From: Acidobacteriota bacterium
GTDB taxonomy: Bacteria; Acidobacteriota; UBA6911; RPQK01; DATIPO01
Length of the DNA: 64,000 bases
NCBI GenBank assembly: GCA_035471925.1
Contig: DATIPO010000059.1
Coordinates: 21,003-85,002 of the forward strand
Direction of reading: 5' to 3'
In this document: one piece after another, positions 9,984 to 17,722 of the stretch
Numbering within the stretch: position 1 is the first letter of the stretch
How the letters are laid out: every line of letters starts with the position of its first letter
The notes under the pieces: generated by a model
What the model saw: the letters and a program-made list of their open reading frames with translations, nothing else
Database searches by the model: none
What the model was told of the DNA's origin: nothing
Made by a program: the position numbers and the translations under genes

Positions 9984-10559
9984 TCAGGCGCTGCGCTGGG
10001 CCTCGCGGCTGAGCCAGGAACGGGCGAAGGCCCAGTCGCGCTCGACGGTGGCCAGCGAAACATCCAGGGCTTGGGCGACTTCCTTCATTTCTAATCCCCA
10101 CACCACGCGCAGGCGCACGACGTCGGCCTTGCGCTCGTCGAGTTCCTGCAGGCGCTGCAGGGCATCGCGCAGGACGTCCACGTCGATGCCTGGCTGATCG
10201 TCGATCTGGCCGTCGATCTGCAAGGTCACCCGTTCCATGTGTCCGCCTCGCTTGGCCGCGCCCCGGCGGCGCTGATAGTCGCTGAGGACACGCAGCATGA
10301 TACGGGTGGCGATGGCAAAGAAATGGCGGCGGTTGTCGAATCCGCGCCGCTGTTTGATGAGCTTGAGGAACGATTCGTTGACCAAAGCCGCCGGCTCCAG
10401 CGTAACGGCCTCGGCTTGGGCGCCGTAGCGCCGGCGCAGATGAGCTTCCGCCAGCCGGCGCAGGTCGGCGTAGACGGTTTCCATCAACTCGTCCATGGCG
10501 CCTTCGCGTCCGTCGTCGACGTCGTGCAGCAGTCGGGTGATCTGGTGGGTGTCCGTCAT
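9984..10559 (-). CDS. ECF-type RNA polymerase sigma factor (kinase-associated ECF group, TIGR02999-like)
   Basis: N-terminus ITRLLHDVDDGREGAMDELMETVYADLRRLAEAHL, and region 4 RKADVVRLRVVWGLEMKEVAQALDVSLATVERDW. The ATG at 10559 is preferred over the listed TTG at 10571. Confidence 0.8.
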   Translation of the reverse strand: MTDTHQITRLLHDVDDGREGAMDELMETVYADLRRLAEAHLRRRYGAQAEAVTLEPAALVNESFLKLIKQRRGFDNRRHFFAIATRIMLRVLSDYQRRRGAAKRGGHMERVTLQIDGQIDDQPGIDVDVLRDALQRLQELDERKADVVRLRVVWGLEMKEVAQALDVSLATVERDWAFARSWLSREAQRSA

Positions 10560-10736
10560 AGGCACATGCAAGAACGCTGAGATGACCTCAGATATTCAAT
10601 GCGCCAGTGTAGCATTTGCGTCAGCTTCGAAGAGATGGCCCAGGTGGCCCAGATCAAGAACCGCGGGACCGGGTCAGCTGAGCTGCTCGGCAAGGCTTGT
10701 GAGACAGATCTGCGAGTCGGTGATCTTGGAACCAGT

Positions 10737-10795
10737 CCCGCGAAGAGCGCAAGGGGTCGCGAGGGGAAGACACGAGAACGCACGCTCTTCGCGGG
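10737..10795. repeat. Perfect 13-bp inverted repeat (CCCGCGAAGAGCG / CGCTCTTCGCGGG) with a 33-nt spacer, in an intergenic region
   Basis: Read directly from the sequence. Flanking ACCAG/CTGGT extends the stem with a one-base bulge. Confidence 0.6.
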
Positions 10796-10958
10796 CTGGT
10801 CTGGAGGAGTCGGAAGGGCAAGTCGGCAGACGGGGCGGGGGCCGGACTCCCAGCCGCAGGGATCGCCGGGCGATCTCATACGGCCGAGAAAATGCGGAGA
10901 CCCTCACAGCCGCCGCAAAAAGCGACCTGCGTGGGAACCCGCTGGCCACCCAGCGGCC

Positions 10959-11309
10959 CTAGCTGCCGTGATGAAGGTACTCCTCCAGAAGGCCCTGCAA
11001 TTCTTGAAAGCGGGTCTGAATCTCCTCACTCAGGTCGGGGATGCCCTGCAAGGACGGAACCGGGGGCTGGGGAGGATCGTCGACTCCCGCCAGCAGCTCC
11101 GACGCCGAGGTGTCGAGGGCCCGCGCGATGTTGATCAGGAATCCCAGCGAGGGACGTTTGACGGCCCGTTCCACTTCGCTGATGTAGCCGGGTTCGTAGC
11201 CTCCGGCTTCAGCCAGTTGTTCCTGGGTCAGTTTCATTTCCACCTTTCGCCGCCGACGGATGTTAGCGCCGATACGCGCGGCGATCTCCTCTTCAAAATG
11301 TCCGTTCAT
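10959..11309 (-). CDS. XRE-family helix-turn-helix transcriptional regulator
   Basis: HTH LTQEQLAEAGGYEPGYISEVERAVKRPSLGFLINIARAL. The ATG at 11309 (MNGHFEEE) is preferred over the listed start at 11405. Confidence 0.7.
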   Translation of the reverse strand: MNGHFEEEIAARIGANIRRRRKVEMKLTQEQLAEAGGYEPGYISEVERAVKRPSLGFLINIARALDTSASELLAGVDDPPQPPVPSLQGIPDLSEEIQTRFQELQGLLEEYLHHGS

Positions 11310-11589
11310 GTCAGATTCAGCCTCTCTTGCCAGCCTGGCCCCTGGTCTGACAGCGGCAGGCCGCTCGTCTCCGTGAGGTCCAGGCATTGATATCGACTTT
11401 TTCAACAGCTTCCTGCCAAGGATGTGCTTAGTTTAGGACGTGACGCTTGGTGTGTCAAGCAAAAAACTTCAAGTGGGCTACATCGAAGGTCGGGGCGGTC
11501 CCGTCGTAATGCGGTCTTGGACAGGCGGCTCTTAAGAAAGTGCCGGGAATCGAGGCCCGGGGGAACTGGAAGCGCCCGCACAGAGCCGC

Positions 11590-11595
11590 TACGAT
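11590..11595 (+). promoter_or_regulatory. -10-like hexamer TACGAT, 9 nt upstream of the GTG start at 11605
   Basis: TAnnnT hexamer with no Shine-Dalgarno sequence in the gap. Confidence 0.3.
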
Positions 11596-11604
11596 AGCAG
11601 GATC

Positions 11605-12093
11605 GTGAGCGACATCGAAAAGGTCTTGGACGGGCTTGGCATCGGCTATCGGCGATATGACCATCCAGCCGTATACACCGTTGAGCAAGTGGAGGAAGTG
11701 ATTCCCGACCTGCCGGGTGCGAAGACCAAGAACCTCTTCCTGCGCGACCGCAAGGGCCGGCGCCATTTTCTCATCGTGGTGGCCGCTCGCAAGCGGGTCG
11801 ATCTGAAGGCTTGTGCCCAAGACCTCGGGGCGGGAAAGCTCAGCTTCGCCTCGGAAGAACGCCTGCGCAAGCACTTGGGTGTGGACGCTGGTGCCGTCAC
11901 CCTCCTGGCTCTGATCAACGATTCCGAGAGACAGGTCGAAGTCTTCATCGACCGCGCCATCTGGGAATCCGAAGAGGTCCAGTGCCATCCGCTGGTCAAT
12001 ACGGCCACTCTGGTCCTTTCCCACCAAGGACTGAGGGACTTTCTGGCAGGCAGCGGGCACGATTTCCAGGTTCTGGACGTCCCCAGCCGCTGA
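11605..12093 (+). CDS. YbaK/ProX-type aminoacyl-tRNA trans-editing domain protein
   Basis: 162 aa with a YbaK-like pattern: YDHPAVYTVEQ...GAKTKNLFLRD...VDAGAVTLLALIND...CHPLVNTATL. Confidence 0.75.
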   Translation: MSDIEKVLDGLGIGYRRYDHPAVYTVEQVEEVIPDLPGAKTKNLFLRDRKGRRHFLIVVAARKRVDLKACAQDLGAGKLSFASEERLRKHLGVDAGAVTLLALINDSERQVEVFIDRAIWESEEVQCHPLVNTATLVLSHQGLRDFLAGSGHDFQVLDVPSR

Positions 12094-12354
12094 GCGCCGA
12101 TCTCTCTGCTTCTGGTCCGTCTTCGGCTCGGACTGCTTGGAAGGGGACTCTGGGGTGTGGGGGCAAGCCTCTTGGACTTCCACTGCTTGATGCCCTCGTC
12201 CTCCTCCAGAGAAGCCATAGGCAGCAGGGTCAACATGTCTCAAAAGAGGCAAGCGGAGATCGGCTTGAAAGAGCTGGGGAGAGTCGAACACCGGCACCCG
12301 GCAAAATAATGCTTGGTGAATCAAGCGTTGGTGGGTTAGGGTAGGGACAGGCTT

Positions 12355-12711
12355 ATGACTCTCGGAGCGTATCTCAGGAGCTTGCGCCAGGCCAAGGGGA
12401 TGACCTTGCGGGCGGTGGAAAAGGAAAGCGGCGTCTCCAACGCCTACTTGAGCCAACTGGAAAACGGCAAGCTCAAGAATCCTTCTCCGCCCATCCTGCA
12501 CAAGCTGTCCCAGGTTTATAGCGCCTCCTATCAGGTGTTGATGGAGAAGGCCGGCTATCTCATGCCTTCCGCATCCCCCGGCGATAAGAAAGCAGGCAGT
12601 TCGGGCCAGCGCAAAGGGCACTTGCCCACCTTCGCGGTGGAGGACTTGACGGAGGAGGAGGAAGAGGAACTTCTCCGCTATCTGGCCTTCATCCGCTCGC
12701 GCAGGGAGTGA
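12355..12711 (+). CDS. XRE-family helix-turn-helix transcriptional regulator
   Basis: LRSLRQAKGMTLRAVEKESGVSNAYLSQLENGKLKNPSPPILHKLSQVY. Confidence 0.8.
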   Translation: MTLGAYLRSLRQAKGMTLRAVEKESGVSNAYLSQLENGKLKNPSPPILHKLSQVYSASYQVLMEKAGYLMPSASPGDKKAGSSGQRKGHLPTFAVEDLTEEEEEELLRYLAFIRSRRE

Positions 12712-12934
12712 AACGGCAGGACGGTTCGGGCGGATACAGCTCCCGGGCTGGCTGCGGGCGGGCCATAGCCTATGCCAGGATCAGGCAGCGGCGAGCATCG
12801 CGAGACGGCGCCACCCTGAGTTTGGGCGGTGGTTTCCGAGAACGTGAAAGCGTGAGATAGCGCGGCAGGGCGCCTTAACGCTTTTGGGCAGGGTACTTGG
12901 GTCCGAGAGTTCGAGTGTTGCAGAGAGGCACAGG

Positions 12935-13822
12935 ATGGCCAGAAAAGAGGACGACGCCACCGTCGATGCCCAGGCGCGGCGGCAGATCCGCGAGACGGCT
13001 GATTTGCTGCTGCGCAAAGCGGGCGCTTATGGGCGGTTTCCCACCCCGGTGCCCGATTTGGTGGCAGCCGCCGAGTTGAACATCGAGATGGACGTCTCTC
13101 TCAACTCGGGCTTTCTGCAGCGCCTTTACGCCGAACTGGGTGAGACCGTCAAGCGGGCGCTGGACAAGGTCCTGGGAGTCCTCGACCGGCGGGGACGCTT
13201 CATCTATCTCGACCATGCGGTGCATGAAAAGAAGCGTGTCTTTCTCTCCCTCCACGAGATCGCCCACGACTTCCTTCCCTGGCAGCGCGACTTGTGGGCC
13301 TTTTTGGAAGAGTCGGAACACACCATCGACCCGGACATGCGCGAGCAGTTCGAGCGCGAGGCCAACGTCTTTGCCAGCGATGTGCTTTTTCAGTTGGACG
13401 CCTTCCGCGATGAGGCCGCCGACCTCCCCATGGGGTTCGACACCGTCCTCAAGCTCTCCCGGCGTTACGGTTCGAGTTTCTACGCCGCCGCCCGTCGCTA
13501 TGCCGCAAGCCTGGGGCAGCCCTGCGCTCTGGTGGTTTTCAACCAGCCTCATCCGCCTTCGGCCAAGTGCCTGACGGTGCGGCGGACGATTCTCTCGGAG
13601 GCCTTCCGCCGGCGTTTCGGCGAAGACTACTGGGCCGACAGCTACGGTCCCGAATCGGTCTTCACCATCAACCGCCCGGAACCCGGGAATGCGGGCTTCC
13701 GTCCCATCCCCATCCGCCTGCGCAACCTGCGCGAAGAAACCGAGGAAATGCGCTTGGAGGCCTTCGATTCCGGCTTCCAGATCCACTACCTCGTCTACCC
13801 TCCTCAGGGCTCGATGAAGTGA
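12935..13822 (+). CDS. ImmA/IrrE-family (COG2856-like) zinc metallopeptidase
   Basis: HExxH motif in LSLHEIAHDFLPW. It is paired with the upstream XRE regulator. The ATG at 12935 (GAGAGG upstream) is preferred over the listed TTG at 12884. Confidence 0.7.
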   Translation: MARKEDDATVDAQARRQIRETADLLLRKAGAYGRFPTPVPDLVAAAELNIEMDVSLNSGFLQRLYAELGETVKRALDKVLGVLDRRGRFIYLDHAVHEKKRVFLSLHEIAHDFLPWQRDLWAFLEESEHTIDPDMREQFEREANVFASDVLFQLDAFRDEAADLPMGFDTVLKLSRRYGSSFYAAARRYAASLGQPCALVVFNQPHPPSAKCLTVRRTILSEAFRRRFGEDYWADSYGPESVFTINRPEPGNAGFRPIPIRLRNLREETEEMRLEAFDSGFQIHYLVYPPQGSMK

Positions 13823-13826
13823 TCGA

Positions 13827-14363
13827 ATGACAGTCGGACGGGGGGAGAGGCTATACTGTGGGGCGGTGGAAACTGGGCGAGCACAAAAGGAAATCATCGT
13901 CGAGGTCAACGGACGGGAAATCCGCCGCAGCGTCGAACCGCGGCTGCTGCTGAGCGACTTTTTGCGTCACGAGGCGGATCTGACCGGCACCCACGTGGGA
14001 TGCGAGCATGGAGTGTGCGGTGCCTGCACCGTACTGATGGATGGGGAAGCGGTGCGCTCGTGCCTGATCTTCGCCGTCCAAGCCAACCGGCGATCTTTGA
14101 CTACCGTGGAAGGACTGCAGGCGCCTGAAGGGCGCGATTTGCATCCCTTGCAGGAAGCCTTTCGCGAGAAACACGGGCTGCAGTGTGGATTCTGCACGCC
14201 CGGCATCCTCATGACGCTGATTCCATTTCTGCGCGACAACCCGCGTCCTCGGAAGGAGCAGATCCGCGAGGCGCTCTCGGGGAACCTGTGCCGCTGCACT
14301 GGCTATGTCAAGATTGTGGAGGCGGTGCAGGAGTATGTGAGCCGGACGGGGGGCGGGGCGTGA
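13827..14363 (+). CDS. [2Fe-2S]-binding small subunit of a xanthine dehydrogenase/CoxSLM-family enzyme
   Basis: Cys clusters CEHGVCGACTV and CGFCTPG...CRCTGY. An alternative start exists at 13866. Confidence 0.9.
   Translation: MTVGRGERLYCGAVETGRAQKEIIVEVNGREIRRSVEPRLLLSDFLRHEADLTGTHVGCEHGVCGACTVLMDGEAVRSCLIFAVQANRRSLTTVEGLQAPEGRDLHPLQEAFREKHGLQCGFCTPGILMTLIPFLRDNPRPRKEQIREALSGNLCRCTGYVKIVEAVQEYVSRTGGGA
13852..13857 (+). promoter_or_regulatory. -10-like hexamer TATACT, 8 nt upstream of an in-frame GTG at 13866
   Basis: Starting at GTG 13866 would give a typical CoxS length of about 165 aa. Confidence 0.3.
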
Positions 14364-16726
14364 AACATATCGGAAAGCCCGTCCGCCGCAACGAGGACGC
14401 GCGGCTGCTCACCGGCAAGGCCGTCTTCGTTGACGACGTCCACTTGCCCGCAATGCTGCACGCCGCCTTCGTTCGCAGCGACTATGCCCACGGACGCATC
14501 GTCTCCGTCGACACCCGCCAGGCGCTCGAACTTCCGGGCGTTGCGGCCGTCTACACGGCAGAGGACTTGGGTGACTACTGGAGACCGGGTCCGTTGCTGG
14601 TGCCGCCGCCTCCGGTCGAGGAGAAGACCTTTCATGCCCGCACCCAGGTGCCTTTGGCCCGCGACAAGGTTCGCCACGTGGGCGAGCCCATCGCATTGGT
14701 GCTGGCCGAAAGCCGCTACATCGCCGAGGACGCCGTCGAACTGGTGGAGGTAGAAATCGATCCTCTGGACGCCGTGGTCGACCTCGAACAAGCCTTGGAC
14801 GAGCAAGCACCGCTCATCCACGACGACTTGGACAGCAACCTCTCGGCCGAGGTTCGCCAGAGCAAGGGCGACTACCAGGGGGCCCGCCGACAGGCGGCTG
14901 TGGTGGTCAGACGACGCTTCGAGTACGACCGGGGCGCTTCAGCGGCCATCGAGAATCGCGGTATCGTAGCCTCCTGGGACGGCCGCGACCAGCACTTGAC
15001 GGTGTGGGATTCGACCCAGGCGCCGATCCCCATCCGCAATGGGTTGGCGGAGATGCTGGGGCTGTCGGAGTCGCAGGTTCGGGTCATCGCGCCCTTTATC
15101 GGGGGCGGATTCGGTCCTAAAATCATGATGTTCTACCCCGAAGAGGTGCTGCTGCCCTGGGCTTCGATGCAGTTGCAGCGTCCCCTCAAGTGGATTGAGG
15201 ACCGCGAGGAAAACTTCTACGCCACCACCCAGGAGAGGGGCCAGATCCATTGGGCCGAGATCGCTTTGGACGCCGAGGGCCGCATCCTGGGTGTTCGCGA
15301 CGACTTCCTCCACGACGCCGGCGCCTACGATCCCTACGGCCTGACCGTCCCCATCAACACCCAGTGCACGCTGCTGGGCTGCTACCAAGTGCCCAACTAC
15401 GACAGTCACTTCAAAGCCGTGTTCACCAACAAGCCCATCGTCACGCCATACCGCGGGGCGGGACGCCAGCACGGCGTCTTCGTGATGGAGCGGCTGCTGG
15501 ACCTGGCGGCCCGCGAGATGGACCTGGACCGGGCCGAGATCCGCCGCCGCAACTTGATTCCGCCGGAGGCTTTCCCCTACGACAACGAAATCATCTTTCA
15601 GGACTTCCGTCCGCTGGTTTACGACTCGGGCAATTATCCTCGGTGCCTGGAACGGGCGCTGGAGATGATCGACTATGACGACTTCCTTTCCAGGCAGCAG
15701 CCCAAAGCCCGTCGGGAGGGTCGCCTGCTGGGGCTGGGCCTGGTCACCTACGTCGAGGGGACGGGCATCGGTCCCTACGAGGGGGTGCGCATCACCGTGG
15801 AGTCGTCGGGCAAGGTCAACCTGGTGACCGGGGTGGGGACGCAGGGGCAGGGCCATTACACCTCCTTTGCCCAGGTGGCGGCTGAGCAACTGGGCGTCGG
15901 CGTCGAGGACGTGCGGGTGGTGACCGGCGATACCCGGGAGTTCCACTGGGGCACCGGGACCTTCGCCAGCCGCGGCGCCGTGGTGGCGGGCAACGCCTGT
16001 CACAACGCCGCCAAGGATGTACGCCGAAAGATCCTGGAGCAGGCCTCGGAGGCGCTGGAAGCGGCTCAGGAGGACCTGGTGCTGGAGGAGGGAAAGGTCT
16101 ACGTCAAGGGCTCGCCCGAGTCTTCGGTTTCGCTTGGGGAGCTGGCGGTGAGGGCCAATCCGCTGCGGGGAGCCGTCCGTCACGGCGCCGAGCCGGGACT
16201 GGAATCGACGTCCTACTACGGACCCGAGCAGGGCGCCACGGCCAACGGCGTCCACGCCATGATCGTGGAGGTCGATGCCGAGACCTGCCAGGTCAAGATC
16301 GTCCGCTATGCCGTGGTCCACGACTGCGGACGGGTCCTCAACCCGCTGATTCTGGACGGCCAGATCGAGGGCGGCGTGGCTCAGGGCATCGGCAACGCCT
16401 TCTACGAGCAGCTTCACTTCGACCAAACAGGGCAGCTTCTCAACGCCTCCTTTATGGACTTTCTGCTGCCCACCGCTCTCGACATGCCCGACCTCGACAT
16501 GGATCACTTCGAGACCCCTTCGCCTCTCAATGCGTTGGGCGTCAAGGGGGCCGGTGAAGCAGGAGCCATCCCGGTGGCCGCCGCCTTCGCCCAGGCTGTC
16601 GAGGACGCGCTGCAGCCGCTGGCCCCGGGCTTGGAAATCCTCGAGATTCCGCTCAGCCCCAACCGGCTCTTCGAGATCCTCAGCGAGCATCGCGACCGCC
16701 GAGACGACGGCAGGGGGGACGCGTGA
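14360..16726 (+). CDS. Molybdopterin-binding large subunit (form-II CoxL-like)
   Basis: GTG 14360 overlaps the small-subunit stop (GTGA). N-terminus KPVRRNEDARLLTGKA. The active-site loop is PYRGAGRQHG. The listed start at 14183 lies inside the previous gene. Confidence 0.9.
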   Translation: MKHIGKPVRRNEDARLLTGKAVFVDDVHLPAMLHAAFVRSDYAHGRIVSVDTRQALELPGVAAVYTAEDLGDYWRPGPLLVPPPPVEEKTFHARTQVPLARDKVRHVGEPIALVLAESRYIAEDAVELVEVEIDPLDAVVDLEQALDEQAPLIHDDLDSNLSAEVRQSKGDYQGARRQAAVVVRRRFEYDRGASAAIENRGIVASWDGRDQHLTVWDSTQAPIPIRNGLAEMLGLSESQVRVIAPFIGGGFGPKIMMFYPEEVLLPWASMQLQRPLKWIEDREENFYATTQERGQIHWAEIALDAEGRILGVRDDFLHDAGAYDPYGLTVPINTQCTLLGCYQVPNYDSHFKAVFTNKPIVTPYRGAGRQHGVFVMERLLDLAAREMDLDRAEIRRRNLIPPEAFPYDNEIIFQDFRPLVYDSGNYPRCLERALEMIDYDDFLSRQQPKARREGRLLGLGLVTYVEGTGIGPYEGVRITVESSGKVNLVTGVGTQGQGHYTSFAQVAAEQLGVGVEDVRVVTGDTREFHWGTGTFASRGAVVAGNACHNAAKDVRRKILEQASEALEAAQEDLVLEEGKVYVKGSPESSVSLGELAVRANPLRGAVRHGAEPGLESTSYYGPEQGATANGVHAMIVEVDAETCQVKIVRYAVVHDCGRVLNPLILDGQIEGGVAQGIGNAFYEQLHFDQTGQLLNASFMDFLLPTALDMPDLDMDHFETPSPLNALGVKGAGEAGAIPVAAAFAQAVEDALQPLAPGLEILEIPLSPNRLFEILSEHRDRRDDGRGDA

Positions 16727-17628
16727 AGCCTCCGGCCTTCGACTACCATGCCCCGCGCACCGACGAGGAGGCCCTCGACCTGCTCAGCCGCTTCGGAGGC
16801 GAAGCCAAGATCCTGGCCGGGGGGCAGAGCCTCATCCCGGCCATGAACTTCCGGCTGGCGCGTCCGGCCGTGCTCATCGACCTCAACGGCATCGGCGACT
16901 TGGCCTACGTCGTAGAGGAGGCCTCGGGGGGCGTCCGCATCGGTTCCATGACCCGCCAGCGAACGGTGGAAACCAGTTCGCTGGTGCGCGACTGCTCGCC
17001 GCTGCTGCATGCTGCCATGCCCTGGGTGGCCCACGTCCAGATCCGCAACCGGGGCACCCTGGGAGGGAGCTTGGCCCACGCCGATCCCGCTGCCGAGCTG
17101 CCGGCCGTGATGCTGGCCATGCGGGCCCGCTTCCGCTTGGAGAACAACGAAGACGAGCGCTGGCTTGAGGCTCGCGACTTTTTTACAGGATTCTTCGCGA
17201 CGGCCCTGGCCGAGGACGAAATGCTGTGCGAAATCGTTGTCCCCTGCCTGCCGTCCTACTCAGGGACCGCCTTCCGCGAGTTCGCCCGGCGCCACGGAGA
17301 CTACGCCTTGGCCGGCTGCTGCGCCGTCCTCACGCTGGAGGAAGGCCAGGGGGACTCGTCCGCCGATCAGACCATCAAAGACGCCCGCCTCACCTATTTC
17401 TCGGTGGCCGACGGACCAGTTGAGGCCGTCCAGGCGCAGTCCTTGCTGCTCGGCCAGTCTCCCGCCGAGGGTCTCTTTGCCGAGGCCGCCTACACCGCGG
17501 CTCAGACTGACCTTGACCCACCTGGAGACATCCACGCCAGTCCCGCCTTCCGGCGCCAACTCGTGGAGGTCCTCACTGGGCAGGCTCTGGCAGAGGCTTT
17601 GAAGAAAGCACTCGAGGCAAAGGACTAG
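16723..17628 (+). CDS. FAD-binding medium subunit (CoxM-like)
   Basis: ILAGGQSLIPAMNFRLARP and GTLGGSLAHADPAAELP. GTG 16723 overlaps the large-subunit stop (GTGA). Confidence 0.9.
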   Translation: MKPPAFDYHAPRTDEEALDLLSRFGGEAKILAGGQSLIPAMNFRLARPAVLIDLNGIGDLAYVVEEASGGVRIGSMTRQRTVETSSLVRDCSPLLHAAMPWVAHVQIRNRGTLGGSLAHADPAAELPAVMLAMRARFRLENNEDERWLEARDFFTGFFATALAEDEMLCEIVVPCLPSYSGTAFREFARRHGDYALAGCCAVLTLEEGQGDSSADQTIKDARLTYFSVADGPVEAVQAQSLLLGQSPAEGLFAEAAYTAAQTDLDPPGDIHASPAFRRQLVEVLTGQALAEALKKALEAKD

Positions 17629-17707
17629 ACCAGTCCTTTGCCGGGGATGGCAGGCCGTCCATAGCCCCACCGACCAGAGGAGCGCGCTAGGCGGCTCTCC
17701 TGTGTGT

Positions 17708-17713
17708 TAGTCT
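17708..17713 (+). promoter_or_regulatory. -10-like hexamer TAGTCT, 9 nt upstream of the ftsH ATG at 17723
   Basis: TAnnnT hexamer with no Shine-Dalgarno sequence in the gap. Confidence 0.3.
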
Positions 17714-17722
17714 TTGGCAGCG

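Noticed and set aside
10959-13822. A prophage, ICE or genomic island around the XRE/ImmA genes.
   Set aside because: No integrase, recombinase, tRNA attachment site, flanking direct repeats or phage structural genes are visible. The neighbours are ordinary chromosomal genes.
14939-16690. Very long antisense or alternative-frame ORFs. Examples: 14939..16690 (-), 746..1747 (-), 1817..3010 (-), 11455..12621 (-), 41874..43049 (+), 43156..44418 (+), 17687..18754 (-), 58103..58903 (-).
   Set aside because: They lie opposite to, or out of frame with, genes that have clear family motifs. Their translations are Arg/Gly/Pro/Ala-rich with no recognisable domains. This is the usual stop-codon-poor artefact of GC-rich DNA.
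13827-17628. Labelling the two CoxSLM-type loci (also 48587..53971) as aerobic carbon monoxide dehydrogenase.
   Set aside because: Both large subunits have the (A/P)YRGAGR loop and not the Cys-containing VAYRCSFR loop of form-I Mo-Cu CO dehydrogenases. The CoxE and CoxF accessory genes are absent. Only the generic family assignment is supported.
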